DNA from: Podarcis tiliguerta
Taxonomy: Eukaryota
Length of the DNA stretch: 64,000 bases
Assembly (NCBI GenBank): GCA_965153285.1
Contig: OZ229121.1
Reading direction: 5' to 3' (one strand)
This document shows positions 13,062 to 25,080 of this stretch, in pieces. The translations under genes and the position numbers were made by a program. Under the pieces are notes generated by a model that saw only the letters and a program-made list of their open reading frames with translations, did not search any database and had not been told where the DNA came from. Position 1 is the stretch's first letter, and every line of letters begins with the position of its first letter.

Positions 13062-13425
13062 CTTGGTACTGTGTCCACGGAGGATGAAGCTGGCACCTTG
13101 GGCACCTGACAGTTTGCTGCAGCCAGCTTTAAGGCAGATGATGGAACAGCACTTAGAGTCCTAGGTATGTGTCGTGCATTGAGCGTAGTAATAGAGTTTG
13201 CAGTGGCAACTGATGAGGGTACAGTTAATCTAATATTGTTCCCAAACAGAACCTGAGTTGTTGCAGAATTGGCAGCAGTTACTTGGTGACTCAGTGCACT
13301 GTGGGAACTTGAAGTCTGTGTTATATTTGAAGGCTGTAACAAGGTTGAACCTGCTGTTGATGACGAGCTTGTATGTACAAGTGCTGTAGGCGTAGTACTA
13401 CTGAGGTGTAAGCCCTTATATACTC
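13062..13425 (-). CDS. EPC1: EPC1 exon 14 (364 nt)
   Basis: GVYKGLHLSSTTPTALVH...ARHIPRTLSAVPSSALKLAAANCQVPKVPASSSVDTVPR, with cacag/gtaagc boundaries. Confidence 0.96.
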
Positions 13426-13544
13426 CTGTGGAAGAAGAGAAACACAAGAGGTATAATTCCAAAACGCCAGTATCACATCCATTACTGGTTTAAGATGCAC
13501 ATCCAAAGCAAAATCTGGTCACAACCATCTTTGCTGCTTCTTAC

Positions 13545-13686
13545 CTGAGGCTTGAATGATGCCATTCACCCCAATTCCAAGCACCACTTCATCCTTCATT
13601 TTGAATCCCATGAGCTGTTCTGATGTAACCAACGCTGAAGCAGCAAATTGAGCACTAACAGAATCCAGTGTCTTGGAAATAAAACC
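13545..13686 (-). CDS. EPC1: EPC1 exon 13 (142 nt)
   Basis: GFISKTLDSVSAQFAASALVTSEQLMGFKMKDEVVLGIGVNGIIQAS. AAG acceptor, gtaaga donor. Confidence 0.96.
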
Positions 13687-14677
13687 CTTTGAAAAACAAA
13701 CAAAAAACAGACTTGGTTTAAAGAAGGAAGGGGACAAAAGGAAATCAAGAAGCCACACAGCAAGTTTTAAAGCATATACTACTACAGTAATCTACTAAAT
13801 GTCCGGATCACCTTTCCTTCAACAGTTCCCTGGTTAGTTTATATCATATCACATACTTAAAACAGTCATGTTAAAAGCCACAGGAGGACACCTGTCTTCT
13901 AAAGGCAGAGAGGAATAAACAAAACAAATAACAACAACAAAACCACTACACTACCAAAACGATCATACTCTCATTTGTTCTCTAGAAGTGTACATGAACA
14001 GATGCATCTTCACTTCCTTAATTTTTATTGTTTAAATAGACCTTGCCTTTCAAAGCTCCAACTCCATGGTGTTGGGAACCACACTAAAGGCCCTGACATA
14101 TTACTTGAAAGTTGCTAGAACTGAGCAAGCATTACAAATACATTTTAAAGTCAAGTACTGGTAGTTTTATAATCAATAAAGGAAGACCTTTTTACAATTA
14201 GTCGTGCCCACAGTTTATCTGGAAATACAGAACTGTTTAGACTTCTATAAGCCAAGTGCAACATATCTCACCAAAATCTCTTTGCCAGGGATAAAGAACT
14301 TGTAGTCCCTACAGATGTTGTTTTGATTACAAACCCCCCGTCCCACCAGACCCAGTCAACATGGCCAGATGATGGAGTTGTATCTGGGCAACATCTGGAA
14401 TGCCACAGATTCCCCATCACTGATCTATTCCTTATATTTATTAGTAGTCTTAATACATTAAGATTCTAGAGATGACGAAGTGCCTGCACTTGCATTAAGC
14501 AAGGTTTAAGTTTCAAATTCAGCTTGCTGGATGGGAATGCACACACAAACACACAATTCATGCAGTCTAAATTAGTGATGTTATCTGGTTTTTTTAGTTC
14601 ATGTATACCACGTCATTACTGACAGAATCACCTCTTTTCTGTTAGGAGGGAGCAGAGGCAGTGCCTACTATACTCAC

Positions 14678-14764
14678 CTGTAGTGTCCCTTCTAAACATT
14701 CTAGAGTATGGCTAAGATGTAGATTCGAGCGAAAGCCACTTTCCTGCTGGTTAGTTGCAAGGTG
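14678..14764 (-). CDS. EPC1: EPC1 exon 12, symmetric cassette exon (87 nt)
   Basis: ccatag|HLATNQQESGFRSNLHLSHTLECLEGTLQ|gtgagt. Resembles the human alternative segment NLASNQQKSGFRLNIQGLERTLQ. Phase 0-0. Confidence 0.88.
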
Positions 14765-14844
14765 CTATGGCAACAGTTGGCAATTAGAGATGAACCCTGG
14801 TGGGAAAAATGAGGGATAAATCATAATACAGACAACTCCCTCAC

Positions 14845-14963
14845 CTGTGAAGCGTTCGCAGAAGAATTACTATTTGCTTGCTGTTGATGAATTTGTGCAA
14901 GCTGCTGTTTCTGCATTAGTGCCAGTTGCTGTTGATGATGCTGGTATTGTTCGGCTGTAAATG
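14845..14963 (-). CDS. EPC1: EPC1 exon 11 (119 nt)
   Basis: AFTAEQYQHHQQQLALMQKQQLAQIHQQQANSNSSANASQ, with ttcag/gtgagg boundaries. Confidence 0.96.
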
Positions 14964-17900
14964 CTGAACAAAATATAAAATAAGAGAATACCATATCAAA
15001 ATACATAAACCTCGTGTGTACAGCCCTTATACTAAAATGGAAATGCAACATGTGCAGCTCCGAATCTCAGTACATATATTCAGTGTTCCTACTTCAGCAG
15101 GAGCTGCAATTAGCAGCTCTTACAAAAGGAAGTGTGCTTCTAACCCTATGAAGCAATAAAAATGTGGCTTGCCATTCAATAACAGCTGATTGCCATATTA
15201 CAACCATCATACTAAGATAGAAAAGTTATCAAATATCCATTTGAATCCCCCGTTCCTGTTTTAGATAATGCCTGCATTCCATCCCATCAAATGAACATTT
15301 ACTTTTAAAATGAATAAATTATTTTAAAAAAAAAAAAAAGCTTTATGAGGTTTTCATTCTGTTTCCCTCAATTGACCCACCTGATGTAGATAGAATGTGG
15401 GTCAAGATCTGATCTATAAGAACAGCTGGTTATGTTGATTTACAAATAAAAACTATGTTATGTCACTTATTCATCTATGAAGAGTTCTAAAAGCAGAAAC
15501 CGAATAGCATTTTGCTGCAGTTTTCATTTCAGTCCATCTTAATGAAAAACTCACAACTTTTAAAGCGGTTTAGGATAGAGAATAAGGTAATAAATCTAAT
15601 CTAGACAGCACATTGGCAGGATTTCTTGATTCCATTTTTTGGTAGAAAACTCAAATCTGAGTATTTTGGATGCTTTAGAATTTTGTTTTGAACATCTTAG
15701 AATATCAAAATAAACATTCTGCAACAGGAACTGGTTCTACAGAACATGGTCTAGTTTATCAACCCAGACTCCAAACTACAAAGAAATGCTCTGCCACTGT
15801 CAAGTTTCCAGAAACAAATTAGTTGTGCACAACTTCGCTCAATGCTAGTTAATACACATATTAAATTAAGAGTATTAATCTGTAAAACTCTTAAAGAGTA
15901 TTACTACATTCACACTCTTTTTGACCAGCAAATATAATTCACAGCTATAAACACTGCAAGTCAAAACTTTTTTACAAATCTGTTGCCAATATGCAACAAT
16001 CACCAAGTTCAAGTGTGTTGCTCTTACTACAAATCTGAGGATTGCCTAGGCTTTTGAGTCCCCCCCCTCCTATCCAAATAGTGACATTTAGACCAGGTTT
16101 TTATTTATTATTACTATTAAATCTGCATACCATCCTTCATCCAAAGATCACAATATAAAAGTTGAAGTACAAGGACAGACATTTAAAACATGACATACTA
16201 CAAAGACAAGACTTGCCTAGACACTGATCTGTGGGGTTCAACTTCCACCAGTTTTCACAAACTGAATTTGAATCTCACTTGCAACTACACTTTTAAACAA
16301 AGGACATTCTTTGCTATCAAGTTAAGGGGTTTTTAGGTACTGTATCAACATATTGCTATGCATATATATAGCCTGCATATTTGTATGGCAAGAAGGATAT
16401 ACACAAGCTACTGCTACAGCTCTACAAATAACACCAGCAAGTTGGTCCACCCAATTAGTCAACAGTTTTGTTTGATGTTCAGCTTGCATTCCTGCATTCT
16501 TAAATTCTACCCAATGTGGAGATTAAAGAGGAAAGCAGAAATATTTGGTGGCAGTTGCAACATTAATGTAGCAACAACAATGCATCAGTTGGAAGCTCTG
16601 CCAGTTTTTTCAATGAATTTCTCCAGTAATATATAGGTACACAGAGTCAGCAAGCAGTGGTGGTGATGATGACGGCAGATGTTTTTCACATACAGCCTGG
16701 TTCACAATAATATCTCTTCTTCTCTACCTAGTTGTGTTAGCTTGAGCTTCACATGACACACTGAAGGAATACAATAGCACAAACTGGCATTTATATGGGT
16801 TAGGTTCCAATTAGCTTGTTTAGAGTAGTCTAATCAATTCCTCCCCCATGTGGCATGCGAAGCTGCTGATTGAGAAACACAAGCCTAAAACCACCTGCAG
16901 CATGAAGAACTTTGGTACAATTCTTCGGATCCCTGTCCACTAGATATGTGGTTAGAACTCTGACCGCAATTGTGCATCATTTTAACACTTCAAACAAGAA
17001 CTCTTCAACTGCCTGAAGGTGCATTTAAGCTTGTTAAAATTATACTGAGCTCTACAGGAGGCAATCTGCAGATATTCTTGGCACTCCCTAGAAACTCTCG
17101 TTTATTTGCTCTATTTTAATTAGGCTGCAAGTTACCTCAAGAACTTTTGTTAGTAAGCTTGTTACAGCAAACACAAGAGAAAGTTATGTGGCATCTTAAA
17201 AACAAAGGGCTATAACTAATGTAGTTGTCCTGTTAGCGCAAGAACATCTGCCCCTTAGATACCCTGTGTTCCAAATTTGTTCCAGAGTAGATGGCGTGTG
17301 TGTGTGTGTAAGTGTGGGGAAAGTCCAATTGCACAGCCAGACATCCTTGCACTAATTGCTGAACTCAGTGGAAACAGTCCCAGAACATTATTTTCCGTAA
17401 GGGTAGCCAAGGGCCACTCCACACATGCTGTAAAAATTCTACTTAAAAGTCACATCTTTGCAGAGAGGCTGAACAACTCCCCTAGAGTGTTAGCCACAAG
17501 TGACACACATTCAACAGATTTAAGAATCATAACATTTTCAAAAGTAAAAGTGAATTCTGTACAGAAAACTAAGTCTTAGTTCAGCTAAAACTGCCAGATA
17601 TATTTAAATTTGCTTGTGAGGATGAATTTTCATTCACTCTTGCAAGCACACTACCAAGTCAAATAGGGCAACTGAATCACCCTCCATGTTTGTTTTTGTA
17701 ACCTTGCAACTTACTGAGATTTAAGTGAAATTTTCTCCCATGAATGAGTAATCTTTTCGCTTCTTTTTTTGCCAACGGGTAAGATTTATGACATAATGGA
17801 CAACTACCAATCTACAGCTTCAAAAATTTCAGAATGTATTCAAGGACTTCAGGGATTTCAAGAGTTACAGAAGGCTTTTCAGAAGTCTCTGTACTGTGCC

Positions 17901-20203
17901 CTATATATGGATTATATGGAAGCCATGTAGAGGAACCTACACTTTTGAAGAACTCAAGTGTGGGTTTCTGAGATCTGCACATTCACAAATTAGTGAGGAA
18001 AGATTAACACCCAATTTCTTCTAAGTAAATTCTTAATGATAATACTCTTGCAAAGAGTTGAATGCTCTGCAAGGCTTGCTTTATATAAGCTGCTGGGGAA
18101 ATTTCAAGTACAGGACAAAATTCTCTTGTTTTAACATCGTGGGCTGGACTATGAAACTCCTAATAAATGACCACTGACTCCGACCCATTGAGCTGTGTGG
18201 CAAAAATATGAGACTGCTTTCTAAAGCAGCTACCCACATAGCTCAAGAGCAAACCCAAGGGGGTTTCTGATAGCATTCGATTTTTGAGATGGTTGAACTG
18301 CAACAAAGTTAGAAGTCCATGACACCAAAAATATATAATTTCTACATGCTTAATCCCCACACCTGCATACTTGGATGTGATGCTTTCTCAAGGAAGGAAA
18401 TGGGAAGATTTCAACTCTTCCCCATGTTCCACAGTTCATTAGTGAGTGGTGAAAAGAAATCAAAAGCATGAATAGTGTAAACTGCATAGAACAGAGGATG
18501 TATTATTTCATTAAACTGCAGAACTTAGGTTTTAATACCCAGGCTTTATGCTTTGATACAGAAAAGAATTATAGTGCAGATTTTATAATCCTTTTGCTGT
18601 AGTTCATTTTTAAGAGCCACATAAGAAAGGTAAAATATGTTGTTGTTTTAAAACTAGATGCACAGTGCACTCATTTCCATATTTAATATAGCCAACCTTT
18701 TAGAATTCTATTAGTCAGACTCCTGTTACGCTGTTGTCACTCTGCATACTTTTGCTGCAACAGATTGCTCTATAAACTAATTGGCAATTACTTATTTTAT
18801 ATATGTTGGAGAACTTTTTTATTCTGTTACTTTATTAAAAGACATTTATGAGTATACAGATCTAATTACCCAGATAGTTAAAGTCATTAAGTGCAATTAA
18901 GCACAATGTTAAATCTATATTGTTTATTCAACTGAGTATTTATTGCGTATTTTATAATTATATTGTGATTTTGGTGTTACGTCTCTTTGCAGGAAATGTA
19001 TATGCTCAAATTGTTGTTGTTTAATTGCTTTTACTGTATTTTGTCACTGTTAATTTTATGAGCCACCTGGAGAACTACATTATTCCATAAATAACAGAAT
19101 TAATTTCTTGCAAGAAACCTTCAATAAATCATCAGTAGCAAGCCACAAAATCTGCCTTAACTGTGGAAGATTGTAATGCTGCAAGAAGGTATGAGAAGCT
19201 TACAGAATCATCTGAAAAACACTGCTAGAGAGATGCAATACATCTCAACGCTATGCTTCATGTTTCAATGTGAATCACTATTCCATGCAATATCCACAGC
19301 TCATGCCTTAACAACTTTTGAAATGATACAAGGAAGAAAAACTCTACACAGGTTGGTCAGTTTAGGTGGCACATGATGTTTAATGAGCAATATTACTAGC
19401 AGTACGCCAACTGATACTATCAGTACACAGAGGCCCTTTCATATCAAGCAATCACACTTGTTGACAATGGTTGTTGGAACTGAATCCTGAGAAACAGTTC
19501 ACTTATCTATCATTTTTCCTGCTATACTTTAGGTCACATTTATCTTTTATATAGTAAAAGGAGCATTTAGAATTGGTTCTCCATGGTGATCATGTTTAAG
19601 AACAATGTTTAAGAATCTCCCTATGATAGTACAATCTGACTGAAATGTGTAAAATGCTCTTGTATGAAATTCACCTTCAACAAAAAAGATTCAGTAAAAT
19701 AAACGAAAGGTTACAAAACCAGGCAAGTCACTAAACCAGACAAAATATGCTTCTCAAAGCTCTACACAAGTTTTTACTTTCCTAACATTCCTCTGAAAGG
19801 CCACTTACTGGCAAAAAAACCCATGTATTAGGCTACCAGACAAATGGGATGGGGGAAGTCATTTAGCCTATACAAAATAGGTTGTAAGTGCCTGAAAAAC
19901 CACCCCAAATTCAAAGATCTTCACTTCTATTCTATCAACCCAATGAAATTATAAACCTGTTGATGTGTTTGATTTAAAAGGCACGCCAGCCTTATGATAT
20001 TATCATGCAAATGCTATGGAACAGTTCTCAAAAGACACAAGTGTTCGCCAAATCAGTGAGCCTTTTTCTATACAAAACTAGCTCTCAGGTATCCAAACTA
20101 ATGTTATATATTTCTAATTTTTCATCATTCATTGCTTACAATCTAAGAAAAATAGTTAATTAAATAGTTAGTTGTTCTTTATTTGATGGTCACAATTCAA
20201 ATA

Positions 20204-20418
20204 TAGTCAAACCTCAGTTGTCAAATGTAATCCGATCTGGAAGCCCGTTCTGAAATGTTTGACAACCGAGGTGTGGCTTCTGATTGGTTGCAAGAGCTTC
20301 TTGCACTCAAGTAGAAGCTGCGTCGGACATTCGGAAACTGGAATTTACTTCCGGGTTTTCGGCATTCAGGGACTGAAACGTTCGAAAACGGAGCCGTCTG
20401 ACAACCAAGGTTTGACTG
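20204..20418. mobile_element. Tigger/pogo-like MITE
   Basis: TA|TAGTCAAACCTCAGTTGTC...GACAACCAAGGTTTGACTG|TA. The interior matches the 49735 copy in reverse. Confidence 0.8.
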
Positions 20419-20789
20419 TAATCATACCACATACTCAATATGGCTTGGGACTTGTGTTTCTGGAACACTTAACCCAACACCCCAACTTTCTAGCTTCTCA
20501 AAACAAGCCACTGTTATAACTGAGTGGATTCTCAGAAGTCTGAAATACACCATGCTGGTAGAAGACCAAAAAAAGAGAAAAAATGGTAACAGTTGACATC
20601 CAACGGACATACCTGATATGGCTTTCAAATCTGAGGCCCCCTCATACACAGCAAATACCGTCAGCATATTACTTTGCACTAATGTGCATGAAGGCGGGGC
20701 ACCAGGAAAATTTATTTCTGCTTACATTGAACTAGGCATGCCTCTTACAGTAATTATATATAGAAATGACAGTCAATCCACATCTGAGG

Positions 20790-20790
20790 G

Positions 20791-20816
<26 letters not shown>
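20790..20816. repeat. (GT)n microsatellite
   Basis: Seen directly. Confidence 0.95.
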
Positions 20817-20822
<6 letters not shown>

Positions 20823-23800
20823 TGTATGAAAATGAAACACACTTAATGAAGTTGTCATCTCTCAGTTGTAAAATACTCTATAAGGCTGCAAACCAGCCCT
20901 ATGGAGAGGTTTCTAGGATCAAGAGCCTGGTTTTCATTCTGTATTTTATTTGAAGACATGTTGGATTTTAGGAAAAATAGGAACACTATTAGTAAGGTAT
21001 GCATATTTTTGTCAAATAGCTTTACAAGTATTCCAACACTGAAGTTGCTGACAGTATTAGAATATCACTTAACATAAATGGATTTATGCCAAGGTCACAA
21101 GAGGCACTAACTAGTACAAGACCAGAAGTTTTGACGCAAGTGTTTAATGTCTGATATTGCTATTTCCTGGAAGAATTCAGCATAAATTCAAGATTTTTAA
21201 ATGAAAAACTTAAAATATTCATAGTTTGATGTAAAACAATGAATGATATAGTCAAAAAGGAACCTGGCCTTCAATGCATAGCTATATAACATGCACATCC
21301 TTTTACTTAAAAAAGGAGTTTCCCTTCAAAGTGCTCTGTTGTCACATGATACATTAATAAAAAGACTATCAGATTATATCCAGAATTTCCATCCAACAGT
21401 AGGCTTGCTAAAATGGCCACATCTCAGATTTAAGCTATAATATTATGAAGATTTTATTTTCTTCCTTTCTATATAAATAGTGTATGTACAGTGTTTCCAT
21501 TAGGGATGGACTGGAGCAGCCTAATTTTGTTCTGCTTCAGTTTTCCTGGGACCTTAATAATAGGTTTGTCCTATCTCACTTTGTGCAGATATTTTGGAAG
21601 AACACTAAAAACTCTGTACAGATTTTTTTAGACTCCCCCCCCCCCCGCAAAGTAAGTTTGTGGGGATCAGAACTGCATTTCAAAATCTGGATAAGTACAT
21701 TATCTGTTTGGGAGTTGTCTTCTGATCTGCAAGCATGTTGCATTGCTCTGCTGTGAAAAGTTTAATGAATAAATTATTTCTCCATCCTTACTTTCCATAT
21801 TACAAAAGTTAAGCCGTTATGAAACTTGGGCTGTACTTCTCAACATACAGCTGATGTTTCTCATTTGAACACAAATTTTCCAAGAGAGTAGTAGTAGTCT
21901 GAACTCTAATGAGAGATAGCTTCTCCTTTTTAATGATTATAGATAAACTTCCATTTATTATATGTATTCATAAATTTTCCATTTATTGTACATTAGTAAC
22001 AATCCATAAAAGTATAACTGACAGATTATTAGGAATTCTGTCTCATTCTGAAGCTAAGCAGATCCACTCTTAAATCCAACATCATCACTGCTACAGAGAA
22101 CACAGACTCCCACACAATTAGATTAGTAGGAAGTATCCCCAACTCATCATGCTAATTTGTTCTCTACCATGGCAGATTGTCTGGGCAGCAAGTGTGCCAC
22201 CTTAGGCTGAACTGAAACAAGTCTAGAATGCAACGGTGAAGCTGTCCTTATCTATACAGGTTACTGCAGTGGCCTGACAAGCTTCTTCCCATATTCTACA
22301 AAATTTCTATAGTGCTAATTTTTTCTAACCAGCACTCTAAACAAAAATACAACCCAAGTAACTCTTTACTTGTCAACAAATGCTCTCTTCTCAATCAAAA
22401 CCTTCTTAGAAAATGATCAAAGCACAACAATAGAGTTGCAACCATCATGGTTTTTACTATTAGTCACAGACTATAGTGTTAGCTAAGCTTCAGTTAAGAA
22501 GCTAAACTGCAGGGAGCTCAATGCACACCGTATTCCCGAAAGGCTGCTCTGAAACTCTTTGCATATTTGGCTACTTCAGAAGGATTCATGGCTGTGAAAA
22601 CTAAAGGTAACATAATACGGAGAATATAAACAGAGTTTTTAGGAAGAAAAATAAATGAATACGGCAGGGGGTGGGGTGGAGTGAAGAGTTAACAAGTGCA
22701 AGGCTTAGACTCAATGATCAAACCATGGCTATGGTGCTGCATCAAAGTCAGGCAACTGTACCAACCTCAACAATCCACCTATGAATCATTCTTAGATAAC
22801 ATTTATCTTAAGACCTCAAAGAACCTGACCTTACTATCAACTTTTAGATTTAAAATTTTGCAGCAGTAAATATATGCAACTATTGCTTGGGCAAATCAGA
22901 GCCACTTGTTACAACTACAGTCAAAGGTATGGTAAGACTAAATATTTATTCATCTGGGTGCTAACGTTTGGTGAGTAGACAACTATAAATATTTCCAGCA
23001 ACTATCCAGGGACACAGTTGATTTCTATGGCTGGAAATCATTTTCTTTTAATACAATATACTTTTGCACCTGGAAACTCTGAAGTTAATGACCACACTTA
23101 TGATTTGCTCAGTGAACCTTAAAAAGCAAAGGAATGCCACAGCCATAATGCTAAGTATAACAGAGATTGGTATTCCAGGTATGATGAACCTGGCCCTGCA
23201 CATTGTACAGGCGACAACCATTTTGCACAGGGGTTCCGTTCCTGGCCCTGTGCATGTTAGCAGAGCGTGCATAAGCATGTCCTGCTCCCGTTCGCCCTCT
23301 TCCAGGTCCAAAAGTACCCACACATCATTTGGACACACCTAAAACAGTCACTGCCTGTACATAATTTGGTTCTCTTAAAGCAGCCCAGTACAATTTGTGA
23401 CTGACTCATCAAAACTAACATGCACAGCCCACCAAATCCTGATGTTGCTGCTTATGAATAGTAAGACATGTCTGTTAGGGTACATTTGGTTTGGTAGGTC
23501 ACAAGGTGCTAGCCCAATACTATGCTGCAATGACCACACAAGTACATATTTGCACCACAAACTCTTTTCACTATTAGAATTGATAATAACTTGGCCCTAA
23601 TGGAATAAGGAAACCACTAATAAAACTTTATCTAGGTCCAACACTACTTTGAATGACTACAGAGATAATAAATACTGATGATAAATGCCATGAATGACTA
23701 ATGTAATTAGATCATCAAATATCTTAATAAAATTGCTAGGGACAACATTGTTGATATTCTTTTATTCCACAATGGTAGAGTGCTGTTTTTTTCCAAAGAG

Positions 23801-24727
23801 ACAAACATGCATTGCTACTGAAGAGTTCAACAGAAGTTAAATACCGTGGTTGACTTCTGGGAGTCTTGTATCAGAAAGGGACAAGTATACTATGATCACA
23901 CCATAAACATTCCACAGCTATTATCTATTTGCAAGTTACACAGTTAATCAGTAAATTCTGGCAACTACTTCCAGAAATCATTCTGTAGGACAGCTATTTG
24001 AATAGGATGCAAGAAGTACCCATATCTTCAAGCTGTTCACCTGGTACAAGTGTACATTTTGGAAAAACAATTTTCATTTGACTTACTGATAGTATTGATT
24101 TACTTAAGTTGTATACCTGTTATTCTAAACAATGGACTTCAAAGTTTAAGCTTCAGTATACCACATGTGTTAATTCAGGAGAGTAATTTTCTTTTTGTAC
24201 AATTTGATGAGTTCCTTAAGATCTGGTACAGCAGGTGTTACGGCATCACTGTCTATTAGGCTAATAGCCACTACCAAATTATTATTTTTCATTGGTGGAC
24301 TAAAAATATTTGAGAGTGTTGAACTTTTCAGTCAAAGTTAAGAATGTTTGTAGGCAGATATTTTCATGGTTAGCTGTTTCATGGATAATGCTGGCTCTCT
24401 GGTTTTAAACTGCCCCCATCTTTCAGGTTTTGCTGTTTACTTATGCTACATTTTAATTCTTAATTTTGTATCCCATCTTGAGAATCCCCACCAAAAAGCA
24501 AGCTAAATTGCTGAAATCAATAAATAATGTCAAATAGTCATAACAAAATTAATTCTGCATGGAAGGAGAGATTTGTCAGATTTTATACTGCCAAGAATTT
24601 CAGCAACTGCACTTAAGTGCACAATGTAAAATATAATTATTAGCTGAGAAAGACATGGAGGAGCTAAAAAGTTGGATCATCTTTGCCAAAGACAATTTTA
24701 GTATTAAGTTTGTCAAAATCAACATAC

Positions 24728-25080
24728 CAAAGTGTGCTGAACCACTGCTACTTTTACTTTGTATAGAGGTACTGCATGTCTGGGTCCCGGGTTGTGCTGT
24801 GCCAGTTCGATTTACACTCCTGTGTAATTTNNNNNNNNNNNNNNNNNNNNNNNNNNNNNNNNNNNNNNNNNNNNNNNNNNNNNNNNNNNNNNNNNNNNNN
24901 NNNNNNNNNNNNNNNNNNNNNNNNNNNNNNNNNNNNNNNNNNNNNNNNNNNNNNNNNNNNNNNNNNNNNNNNNNNNNNNNNNNNNNNNNNNNNNACGAGT
25001 GTAGTTGTGAAGAAAGCATTTCTGAATCCAGCTGGCAAAATGCACTGTTGTTCTCCGAATAGGCTCGGTCCAGTAGCACC
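24728..25080 (-). CDS. EPC1: EPC1 exon 10 (353 nt, middle inside N gap)
   Basis: VLLDRAYSENNSAFCQLDSEMLSSQLHS, then 164 N, then KLHRSVNRTGTAQPGTQTCSTSIQSKSSSGSAHF. The frame is kept across the gap. ttttag/gtatgt boundaries. Confidence 0.93.
24831..24994. other. Sequence gap, 164 N
   Basis: N run inside EPC1 exon 10. Confidence 1.

Noticed and set aside
17796-18320. Coding-looking plus-strand stretch (MDNYQSTASKISECIQGLQGFQELQKAFQKSLY...) in intron 10
   Set aside because: Only 44 codons before a stop, all frames interrupted afterwards, and no family recognised.
23181-23404. Box C (ATGATGA) and box D (CTGA) snoRNA candidate
   Set aside because: Antisense to the host gene, spacing too long and no terminal stem.
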